A DNA stretch of 60,452 bases, the filler included, from Sluysia triapertura (Eukaryota): NCBI GenBank assembly GCA_046118255.1. It is 4 parts of 4 records of this genome, joined end to end, with 100 filler letters (N's around TTAATTAATTAA, not from the genome) between each part and the next. Parts side by side here need not be neighbours in the genome. Positions count along the whole stretch, not along the records: positions 1 to 17,445 come from JBJNIA010188609.1; positions 17,546 to 29,890 come from JBJNIA010117973.1; 2 more parts are not named here. One strand, given 5' to 3'. Shown here one piece after another: positions 12,701-22,290 of this stretch (its first letter is position 1; each line of letters starts with the position of its first letter). Below the pieces are notes generated by a model that had not been told where the DNA came from, ran no database searches, and saw only the letters and a list, made by a program, of their open reading frames with translations. Position numbers and translations under genes: made by a program.

Positions 12701-14574
12701 TGTGAGTTATCACACATTGGTTTGATTTAAATATAATTCAGTTTCGAATTTCGGTTGAGATTTATTTCAATTTCAATGCCTATCACAGACTTTAATTGCA
12801 TGAAACTTAAATTATTTTTGTTCATAATTATTATTAAATTTAATTTTTAATATCGTAAACTTTATGTTAATAGGGTCAAGATCTACCTTAGACAAAATCA
12901 AACAATTCTATAATGAAATGTGTTAAGACTAAAATGATAAAATTTGAGTTGAATTATAAAATTGGTTTCGATTGCTTCGTAGTACTGGCGGAAAATTTTA
13001 ACATTGTACCTAGATCGTACCCACATTGTCATTAACTTTAACATCAACTTCTAGAAGAATATTTTCAAATTCTGTTTTATTAATTATTGATCGATGTTGA
13101 ACAAGTAACAAAACAATTCCCGATTTTGTAAGTTTTTTGAATTTAAGCTAATTTTGAACGTGAATTCAGCACTTTTCCTAAATCGTATATTCGTACGAAA
13201 CTTTTTTAAGAATCAGTCAAAACATACTCTAGTTTGATATCACACAATGACATGATGATGCATGTAAATTAGTTGTAAAACTTCTGAGAAATAAGTGCCA
13301 TCTTTATTTTTATCACGTGAAAAAAATACTATTATATTGTGACAATGATTTCATGATATCTTATTCTCCGTTTTTATAACGTTTATTTCCAAAACTTTTT
13401 TAAAGAACTAAATTATTTCATGTATCGAAATAATTACTCGAAAAAGAATAGAACACTTTATCATTAACGTAATATTTATTCATTTTTAATTTAATACATT
13501 TTCATAACAATAAAATTATGCTTTAAAAATTTCGATTTTCTAAATGTTTCTTACCACATAATATTATATTATTTATTTTTGTACTACTTTTATGTAGTAA
13601 TTAGTAAGAATTATTCATTATTTAAACTTAAGAAAAATATCAAACGAAAAGTAATTTTGATATAAAAATAAAACAAATAAAATATTATTATAGTTTTGAA
13701 AATGAAGCCTAGATTAGTTTGAGATTGTAAATTTACATCTTAGACATAAATATAACTTCAAAGCGAAGATTATTATATTTCGTTATTTTTATATAAAAAT
13801 ATTAATTTTATTAATATTATAATAATTTACTTTAATTTACAAAATCAAACATTGTTATTAGAGATATTAACAACTCGTATGATGCCAGCATTTTGTCAAT
13901 GTTTTCATGACGAATATGTATCAGTTCGACGATCAGTATGCAAAACTTGTATTTTATTGAATATTCAAGACGAATTTTGTATTTCTGAATTACTTCAATT
14001 AGCAAAAGATGATCCAGATTGGAAAGTCAAAGTGTACGCTATGAGAGGTTATTTTAATATCTTAACAATGATTAAAAAGTAACATTAAGGTAGTATTGCA
14101 ATATACATTGCTTAAACCCTTAATGCACAATTTTTTTAAAAAACCGACCACGCCCGTGTTAATACATTTCTGCGCGTTAAGGGGTTAAAATAATTGAAAT
14201 TTATTTGTTTTTGAAAATATTAAATTTAATAGTTTGAATTATGAACAACATGAATATCGCAAAAAAATGTTTTGAAAAAATAAAAAATATTTTCAAAATT
14301 CTTCTTTTTATGAACGTATTTACTTTTAAATTCAGCGTATAAGTTTAGATTGTATTATTTGATTTAAATTTACTTGCAATTAAGCTCTTTCTAAAACAAA
14401 TGTTCAAAAAGAAACCATAAAAGCATGTTTAACATGGGCAGCTAGTTATGAAAGCGATCCACGCATTCGTAAAGAAGCTTTGGAATATTTAATTCATATT
14501 CAGATTAATGATGAAGAATTATTAGAACTTTTACAAAATCGATTTTTGGTTGAAGATGATACATCTATTACAAA
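800..14574 (+). CDS. HEAT repeat-containing protein (HEATR4-like), multi-exon, 5' and 3' ends unresolved
   Basis: Five phase-compatible GT-AG exons: 800-979, 1719-2068, 7303-7612, 13862-14047, 14385-14574. Translation gives successive HEAT-like repeats (DSHPTIQKVASVAL; DRWAAVQCL; MWNDSHRQVQIAASEALGRTG; CFHDEYVSVRRSVC; DDPDWKVKVYAMRAL; YESDPRIRKEAL). HEATR4 assignment is from recalled similarity only. Confidence 0.8.
2194..2219. repeat. (GT)n microsatellite
   Basis: Direct reading. Confidence 0.95.
4006..4457 (-). pseudogene. Diverged MSP-domain (VAP-like) gene fragment inside a HEAT-gene intron, antisense
   Basis: INPPLELKFKGPLSSIVTSHL...MCYKLKTTAPKMYRVRPNSGFIEP matches the VAP MSP signature (LKFKGPF...VCFKVKTTAP.RYCVRPNSG). 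There is no in-frame ATG upstream. A possible GT-AG intron at about 4156-4200 extends the frame to TGA at 4006-4008. Confidence 0.75.
4910..5150 (+). mobile_element. Family A right-end segment (GT-rich arm ending CGGCTGAACACCACA)
   Basis: Aligns with 20655-20873 at both ends: AATGACGAGGGGATGAC vs AATGATGATGGGATGAC, and TAGTTGT..TTTATGTG...TCGGCTGAACACCACA vs TAGTTGTTATTTATGTG...TCGGCTGAACCACTACA. Confidence 0.65.
6189..6922. mobile_element. Putative small non-autonomous TGT...ACA element
   Basis: Imperfect termini TGTGAAATTAGA / TCTAGTTCACA, AC-rich left half and GT-rich right half. No TSD seen. Confidence 0.35.
10553..11656 (+). CDS. Family A copy 1 ORF1, 367 aa: N/S-rich N-terminus, CBP/p300 TAZ1-like helix, five 19-aa repeats, unknown C-terminal domain
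   Basis: Long intronless ORF in AT-rich DNA; contains DPKKRKLIQQQLLLFLQMH. First ATG is 10556 (ORF track starts at TTG). Confidence 0.6.
   Translation: MMDSQPLPDNYLNSHNVNNCRTAKTAVTVQYVNQPIISNVKRNYTYVSNPSVVDDSLILNTLNSSSDLQFESDYSLNDNLLSQHNVKVKNKDMTNINSVTDRRNNYISANSNQSTDPKKRKLIQQQLLLFLQMHENPIFSLTSSISNDVMIMHENLLFSLTSSISNDIMMMHENLLFSLICSISNDIMMMHENLLFTLTSSISNHIMTMHENSIFNLVSSNNNDVMTIFLEIFNVILSIKDKISVSSFMPLNTNDIKMIILETHKDDQVNVRILNQYCLVMRSGLYKRGNFQSISFNDYETMSRQSIILENDVFDVMCSDVVGMTKERRSKHRYIAFDKNVTNFATDTEMYHLITLLNSFMRNCRYG
10949..11233 (+). repeat. Five tandem 57-bp (19-aa) in-frame repeats, MHENxxFSLTSSISNDIMM
   Basis: ATGCATGAAAA recurs at 10949, 11006, 11063, 11120 and 11177. Confidence 0.9.
11649..12092 (+). 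CDS. Family A copy 1 ORF2, 147 aa, unknown; +1 frame overlapping the ORF1 stop
   Basis: ORF track; this frame is open from 11613. Confidence 0.45.
   Translation: MVNIFELQSYQFIFYHVCIYFIDNNFIDSESNRAEIQNDGEYLKELVILETIPKTITSFNVLIDINYGLFYKLKFDGVNVKILFNKLSNILIFSFKLNPDNNHCKTKIYKINTQRYFEVLNLKLRLNVTINYSKTSKIINFFFLKTN
14116..14184. mobile_element. 69-bp piggyBac-type MITE
   Basis: TTAA on both sides (14112-14115, 14185-14188); TIRs CCCTTAATGCACA / TGCGCGTTAAGGG. Confidence 0.7.
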
Positions 14575-15617
14575 GTAAGTATTATTTTTGCTTTATAAAT
14601 TGTTATAATGTCGATTAGCTCAATTATAAGTTACATTGTTACCATGTAAAATAGTTTAAAGTTTAAAAAATATAATTAAAGTTCAATGAAAGTTCTATTT
14701 CGAACTACCATGAAGTTCCGTCTTGAAATAGCTTTGAATTATGATTACCTAAAAAATAACTTAGTTATTTTGAATTAACACTTTTAATTTGAAATTATTT
14801 TCTAAGTTTAACCACTTTTTATCAATTCATATTTTGACTTTTCGTATAATAATTATTAAATTTATTTAACGGTATAATTTTCCTTCTAAACAAAATCGTG
14901 GTTAATGTTAAAAGATTTTTTCATAAATTATACACGTAGAATTAGACAAAAGCCTTAACAATTTGGATAATAGCGAGCTATGCATACGTCTCACTGAATT
15001 TCTGAAGTTCTCGGCTCAGTAAAAATACGTTCTCATTTTATTCACATTTAGATGTAACTTTTTTATTATTTCAAAAATAAAAAATAATTATTTTATGGTT
15101 TTTTCCCCAAAAAAATTTCATTTTTCATATCTATACATTCGCCATTATTATGGTGCTCAATCATCAACATAATTAAGAAGGTCATCACAATCACCCAATC
15201 CACGTCAGCTATGATCAAGATGTAGATAAAAACCTAAAGAAGATGCGTAGTTTGCTCAGCAAATAGTAGAGGAAAGGATACTCGATATATGTATAAAGAT
15301 TGTGATGGTGCTTCAAAAATTACCATACAAAACTTCATTTTAATAATTCTCATTCATTTCTCTAATAAATGAAGTTTTAAAATTGTTTTATTTTTTCTCA
15401 AAAATCTATGATTTAAACCTAGGATTTAAAACCACTACAAAATTTTAATGGAAAGAAAAATATGGAATTAAAAACTTTTATTTAATTAAGCTAAAAAATT
15501 AAATATTTATTATTAAACGGGAAAGGCATTCCTTAATTTACGAAAATACTGTATTGTAATAAAAGTTATCTTTGTAGCGATTGTTTACTTCATTTATGTT
15601 ATAATAATATTCTTTAA

Positions 15618-16468
15618 CCCTTTAAGCACGGGTCACATCAATAAACGTTTTTGCGTAACTTCCGCGATAGCCGGATAGTCGAATAACGCTTATTGCCACT
15701 GTGTATATGTAGAGTATGCGTTGTTTATTTATGTTAGTGCTTGGTTATATCAGTTGTATGCAGGAAATTTTGTATGATAGGAAACTTTTAGATTTGTCTG
15801 TAACACGTCTACTCCGGACTAAACTATAATTATGAATAAATAATTTACTAGTCTCGTTGTTTCATTACTTTCGTTCGGATTTCTACATTTTTCGAAGTCT
15901 GTCGTTATAGTCATTTTTATACTATACCATCAACTTCTCGCGTCCGCGCTTCGATGATTCCGACAGTGATGAAAAGGAATACTTGAGTGAAATAGAGAGA
16001 GTAATGATCGTAGTGATACTATCAGTGACAATGATGAAGAAACAGTGATAGGCAATTTTACTTAGCGACATGTGAAGAGTTTCACAACGAATTTTTTTGC
16101 GAATCTCACATTGCGAAATATAACTGTACCGAAAGGTTTTGATTCTTTTTATTCTTTGCAAATAAAAAGTTTAATTAATAATCATTATTTTACAATTTTT
16201 ATTACCAAAGCATTGTTAACAGTATGAGAATTTTTAAACCCCATTGTTCCAACTCAGAATTACTTAACAACTAAACATTTTTTTAAAAATTAAAACTGTG
16301 AAGATAATCTATAAATATGCAAAATTACTTTCACTATCAAAACTATTAAATTTGATTTACAAATATCGCTGAATTGTTCACTGAATAAGATTCCATAGAA
16401 ACGTTTTAAGTCGTCAAATGTAACCCAAACCCAGAATATAAATTATTTTGCTGATAGGTTTTAAAGAG
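15618..16468 (+). mobile_element. Internally deleted piggyBac-like element
   Basis: TTAA|CCCTTTAA left end; acidic DDSDSDEKEYLSE...SDTISDNDEET remnant at about 15950-16050, typical of piggyBac transposase N-termini; degenerate right end TTAAAGAG|ATAA. Confidence 0.5.
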
Positions 16469-17329
16469 ATAAAAGAAAAATTCCCAACATACTAAAAAAT
16501 TATATTATTATTAAGTATGTGATGTTGCCTGATAATGTTTATGTAATATTTAAATTTGACCATACACTTTCATTTTTTCTCAATAATTATATGTTATTTT
16601 TACTTCGTTTCGGTATTGGAGATTTATGTTTATTTGTTGTTTTTGTTTATATATAGACTTTTAATTTATTTATTTAAATCTTAAAATCTTTCAAAGCTTA
16701 AGAAACACAAAAAATAGAATTAATTTTCGAAAAAGAAAATTATTTTCCAAAAAAGAAATCGAAAATTCTAGAATTATGATTGGATGGTGACTGTTATATA
16801 TATGTTAATATTGGTTTGATCTGAATCACAAAATAAATACAAGAAAAAATTTTAATACTTGGAAATGTTTGCTATTACGAATTGATTATAATTTTCGGAA
16901 AATAATTTCATCAATCTTGTGTCTGATTTAAAGTCCATAAATCAGTAAGTTTAATTTTTGTTAAGGTGAGTAAAACTTAAAATCTAATTTAAAATCCATT
17001 TTAATAATTTTAAACTCTGATTTAATGAAGTATAAAATCTATTTCTAAAATCTTCTATCTTTCGTATATCTTGCTTATACAGTTGTACATTTTGAAGAAA
17101 TTATCAGTATTGTTTGTTAATAAAATTTATTTAATACTTGTGTTTTTTGACTAATTCTAAAGTAGACCATCTACATTTACATTGATTGTGTTAAGACTCA
17201 CCATTTAAGAAGCTACATTATCAAGAGCTACTAATATAATTTCTGAAGATTCGTTTGAGCAAAGTCTAAGATCTACTAGAGTAAATATACGTACGGCATA
17301 TAAAGTACATTGAAGGATAAGAAGTTAAA

Positions 17330-17444
17330 AGTTACACTTAACGATTTGTTATTTTCTAGTTACAGGATCGCCTACTTTACGTTGTAACCGAACCCTACTA
17401 CAATTTATTTTCCCGAAGGTTAAGAGTTAAGAATACTACAGTAT
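17330..17444 (-). mobile_element. Family B terminal fragment
   Basis: Reverse complement TACTGTAGTATTCTTAACTCTTAACCTTCGGGAAAATA matches the family B end at 27593 (TGCTGTGGCTTTTCTTAACTCTTAACCTACGGCAGAATA). Confidence 0.6.
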
Positions 17445-17445
17445 A

Positions 17446-17545
17446 NNNNNNNNNNNNNNNNNNNNNNNNNNNNNNNNNNNNNNNNNNNNTTAATTAATTA
17501 ANNNNNNNNNNNNNNNNNNNNNNNNNNNNNNNNNNNNNNNNNNNN
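17446..17545. other. Assembly gap with artificial TTAATTAATTAA spacer
   Basis: N-run/TTAATTAATTAA/N-run of 100 nt; same construct at 29891-29990 and 46316-46415. Confidence 0.95.
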
Positions 17546-18259
17546 GCAACAACTACAAATCATACATTGTATATACCCATAGCCGTTGCTTCTTCACAGT
17601 CAATCTCTCGCTTTTCTTTTACCTATTATTTCATATATATGTTAGAAGGCTAAAAGAAATAAAAGAGAAAGTTCGTGTCAAAAAATTCTAAGACATTCAT
17701 GCGGTTTTATTTTTATGACAATAATAATAATAATAACGTTACTACTGTCGTTTTTATTATTATTATTATTACTTTTATTATTATTATTATTATTATCATT
17801 ATTATGTATCGTTCTCATTATTATCATAGCCATCATCGCCTTCATTGTTGTACCTAAAAAATTAAAATTAAAAATTAAACAAAAATTAATTTTGCTGTCT
17901 AAACTAGTTGTCACCATCACCAACGATGACAGCTTATTTACATTCTCATCACGCTGTCACCGTTGATGATGGTTGTTAGCCAGTCATCAACATTTCAATC
18001 AATTTTGAACCTTACTAACACTCCACCCAATCAGAAACAACATTGTTAATATACCAATCACTAATATGATTGGGTGGAGCTGAAATTAAGAAAATTAGCA
18101 ATCAAATAATCATTGAAGTTAAAAATAGCATTAATCAATATCACAATTTTATTAGTGTCTTTGTAAATACTCAAATTTCAACTTCATTAATGGTTTTAGA
18201 TATTAACAAATTTCAATTACTGGTTTTATAAATAAATTTCAATTTCATTACTCCTTTGT

Positions 18260-18565
18260 ACATTTAGCACGATATTAATAGACATTTACGAAGTAATGAT
18301 GAGACAATTCGGTGTACCTAAGGACGAAAATATTATAAAGTTCATAAAGATTATTGAACCAACAATTACATTTAATCCCATATTATTAGACAGTTATGAA
18401 ATAATGACGAGACAATTTGGTAAACGTAAAGATGATAATGTTATAAAGTTCACAAAGATTAACGAATCAACAATTACATTTAGCGCGATATTATTAGACA
18501 ATTATGAAATAATGATAAGACAATCTGGTATACGTAAAGATGAGAATGTATTAAAGTTCATAAAT
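18260..18565 (+). repeat. Nearly three tandem 108-bp (36-aa) in-frame repeats
   Basis: MMRQFGVPKDENIIKFIKI... / MTRQFGKRKDDNVIKFTKI... / MIRQSGIRKDENVLKFINN. Confidence 0.85.
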
Positions 18566-19993
18566 AATATAAAGCTATTCGAGTTAATTATGTCACCTGA
18601 TACAGTCATGTACAGAAACGATAAATTTAAACTCAGTCAAGGTAATGTTTTTGTATTAGATTTTTATTACTCTAATTATTACATTGGGCATGTATTTATC
18701 ATTTATAACAGTTTTATTATTTCAGAAGCTAATGAAACTAGGATCCTGAAAGAGGGAGGGTGTACAGAAGAATTTTCAGAATTCAAAAATTTCCTTACCA
18801 ATATCTTTTTATTCAATATCGCAATATATAATTATCATTGTTATCTTTACAAATTTAATTCTAATCATATAAAAATGAAAAATAATTATAATAAGTCATC
18901 AATTTTCAATATGTCTAAGATTAAAGTTATGGATAAAGTAACAACGACGATAACTAATATCCATAAAAATTATATTGAATACAATAGTAAAGTTTTTAAC
19001 ATAAACATAAGATTATGTCCAATAATCATCTACATGATGATAACAAAAGTAATAAACTCTTTAGTTCTCGAAAACTTGAGAAGTTTTCGTGGACAAATCA
19101 CTATTTACATAGTAAATGACAGATATGTACGGTTAATATCTAATGAGACTAAGCCCAAGGCCATCCGAGACAGATATAGGTGTCAAACTATAGACTACAA
19201 GGCACATTGCCAAAACATTGACACCATAGGCACACTGGTACGTTGAGTTTCTATTCCAATCAATTTTCCTTTTACTTTAGTTAGAAATAAAATTGATTTC
19301 AATTCACAAACATTGTCGGAAAATAAAGTAATGAAGTATTACAAAGATCATAATGATGTATATCATGTTAAAGTTAGTATTAAAAGTGGATATTGTGTTA
19401 AAAAAGCTTTTGAATACACTGTCTACATGACATCATTGAAATTAAAACAACTATTATCCAAGTCAACAAGAGAATTACATTCCAAAACAGATATGATATT
19501 GCTTTTGATAAATACTTGGTTCAAATCAGATACGTTTATGTTAACCAACTTAGACTCAAATAATGTTTTTGATCTCTTCGAAGTTTTTAATGTCAACTAC
19601 TTATCAATGATGTATGTGGAACCTATTATACATAGCGTTTTTGACGATGATTCTTCTCAAACTATGCAAGCACAGTATGCAGAACTAACTAATGTCAAGG
19701 CAGATATTTACTTAGATGACGAAACATTTGGATCGAAAGTCGGCACATCCAGGATAAAAATAATTAACATTCAATGTAATTTTAATAAATTTTTATGTAG
19801 TTATGGTTCATTTATAAATTGTTTTATATTTCGAAAGTCACAACACAATAAAGAATTAAGACACGAGAATTTAATTAAGATTTCAATTTCCTTTTTTAAA
19901 TTCAATCTAAAATTCTATAAAATTTTACTCTCAATTCAAAATTTAAATAATTATATTAAACGACAACGAATTTTCAAACTTCATTTTAACTAA
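18296..19993 (+). CDS. Family A copy 2 coding region: 316-aa and 226-aa ORFs in one frame separated by a single TGA (19244-19246)
   Basis: No other stop between 18236 and 19993 in this frame; N-terminal 36-aa repeats; no recognised domain. Confidence 0.55.
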
Positions 19994-21965
19994 AGGATAT
20001 TAAAAAATTTTTAATATATAATCCCACATATTGTGTAGACCTCATTTTAAATAGAGGTTTAAAATCAAGTATTAAATTAAACTAATCAGTTTAAATATAA
20101 ATGAGCTATATTTAAATCTCTTAGTGATACATACAATTTGAATTGGTCAAGGTACGTTCTATCATGGCACATTTTGAAATAACAATAATAAACTTTGATA
20201 ATAAACTCTGTCTTTTATGAAATTCATTATTAAAACTCAGATTATTATCCACGTTTATAAAAGTATTAATTGTATGATCATGACATCATTAATATCCCAG
20301 CAGATAATGTCGGTAAAACATAAGTCGTCTGATAACCAAACTGATACATCGGTACACTACGTTGATTTTGAACTGCCACTTCATGTGCATCAACATTTTG
20401 AAAATTTGAATCGGTTGATTTATTGTTAAAGAATTTTCTGCTTACCCATTTTCTTTATTCATTTTAAAAAATTTTGTAAATGTATTTTTGGTAATAATGT
20501 CAATGTTTTGATCAACTTTTGTAGGTTAAAACAAAATACAATATTAACATAAAATATAAAATATTAAAATATTAAAATGAAAAATTATAAAAATATAAAT
20601 TATAAAAGTACAAAATTATAAAAATATAAAAATATAAAATTACAATATATGTATTGCTATAATGATGATGGGATGACCACGGAGATTATCTTTACTGTAA
20701 AACTTGGAGATAATTATAGGTTTATAGTTTATGATCTTGTAGCTATAATCGAAATGTAATGTTGAAAGTGTACTATTATGGGATGATGTAAGTGAGACAT
20801 GTGATAAGGTTTTCGTGTAGCTGCTAGTTGTTATTTATGTGCAGTGCACGTAGTGATCGGCTGAACCACTACAGTGCGTTATAACAATCATCGGACACTT
20901 TCACATTTGAAGAACCATAATATTGTGACTATATACAGTCAAATTAGCATTAGACATAAATTAGTATTACTGATGACCATCCTAGCTATTTACAAAACTA
21001 ATTTACATCTATATTCTGCAAAATCCTGTGGTTAAGCCATTCTGTAAGTTTTAGATTAGAGGTGAATTCATTCATAATTGTAAGCTATCGTAATTAAAGA
21101 AATCACATCATAAATTTGGTGCCAAGATTGAGGATCAACATTCAAGAATCAAATACTAAATTCTTATTACGTAAAGACATATTCGTAATGAAATCAACAA
21201 AAATTTTAAACGAAATTTATGATCCGTGATATATTGTGTAATACAGCAATTAATTTACTAGTAAAATATTTTTTAAAATCTACTACTACTACTACAACTA
21301 CTAATACTATGTGAATACGAATTAATTAATTAAATTCTAAATTAATTATTTTATCGTAACAATAATTGTATTTGTAAATAAAATCTGCATAATATAAAAT
21401 ATTATCATTTTAATATAACAAGAAATTTTAAATAATGGTTGTTTTTTATAATAATATTATATTATTATGCTACACAACTGAAAGCAGAATGCTAATTAAG
21501 TAGATTATTTTATTGTTTCATCTTACATTAAATAACTAAATCAAGTTATTTCGCTTTGACATCCAATGAGTTTGTAAAATATACCATCAATTCGAAAATT
21601 TTCCAATTATTGTGTTAAATAAAAAAGTTAAGAAATCACCGTTGCATCTATGTTTTTTATCCTGGTGGCGAATTAATACTATTTTTCAGGCAGCATACTT
21701 CTTAGGCAAAACAAATTAGGATAATAAAATAAGTATGAAACGAATGTCGGTAGTGAACTATTGTTAAAATGATTAATAATTTCTGTTTCTATAAATAATT
21801 TTTCCAATAATTGAAATGACTTGGTCGTATCAGAAATATAAATAACATTTATATTATAATATTGCAGTTAAATTTTATATTTTTATTTCTTACACTATTG
21901 TATTTGCTTCAACTTTATTTGTAATTTAGTTTATTTTTGCTAGTTTAATTTACTTTCATTTTATA

Positions 21966-22290
21966 ACTAGCTGTACCCGTTCACGCGTTGCTGTGTTAAA
22001 AATATGAACAAAAAGACAGTTTTGATACATCAAACATAATTTATTAATGATCAAATGTATACAATACATCAAAATGAAAATTAACAACAAAATTATCCCT
22101 ACATATGTACAAAACATAGATATTCATGGTTACCATGGTTACGCTTAGAACCCCAACTCTGATTTTAAAGAAAATTTTCAAAAACCTTCCCGGGGATATA
22201 CCAAATAATTTCTAAAATTTTCACGGCGATTTGATATATGGTTTTTGAATTCATTGAGTACAGATAGAACATATACACAGACGAGTATAT
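21966..22290 (+). mobile_element. Non-autonomous Helitron-like (Lep1/HINE-type) remnant
   Basis: 5' ACTAGCTGTACCCGTTCACGCGTTGCTGTG and 3' AAAATTTTCACGGCGATT...ACAGA..CACAGAC segments resemble recalled invertebrate non-autonomous Helitron ends. Confidence 0.45.

Larger units (their letters stand above)
17546..20873 (+). mobile_element. Family A copy 2 (left end lost in gap, right terminus ...CTGAACCACTACA)
   Basis: 17546-17611 is 65/66 identical to 9978-10043; inverted repeats 17913-17973 and 18021-18079; ORFs 18296-19246 and 19313-19993; terminal ACCACTACA is the exact reverse complement of copy 1's TGTAGTGGT. Confidence 0.75.

Noticed and set aside
16700-17312. Candidate terminal exons of the HEAT gene
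   Set aside because: No candidate had both the required phase and recognisable similarity; the region borders a family B end.
17490-17501. TTAATTAATTAA palindrome repeated three times in the window
   Set aside because: Always centred in 100-nt N runs; an artificial scaffolding spacer.
17675-17966. Poly-I/L/N ORFs (also 24745-25071, 48758-49136, 58208-58495)
   Set aside because: Products of trinucleotide microsatellites or N runs.
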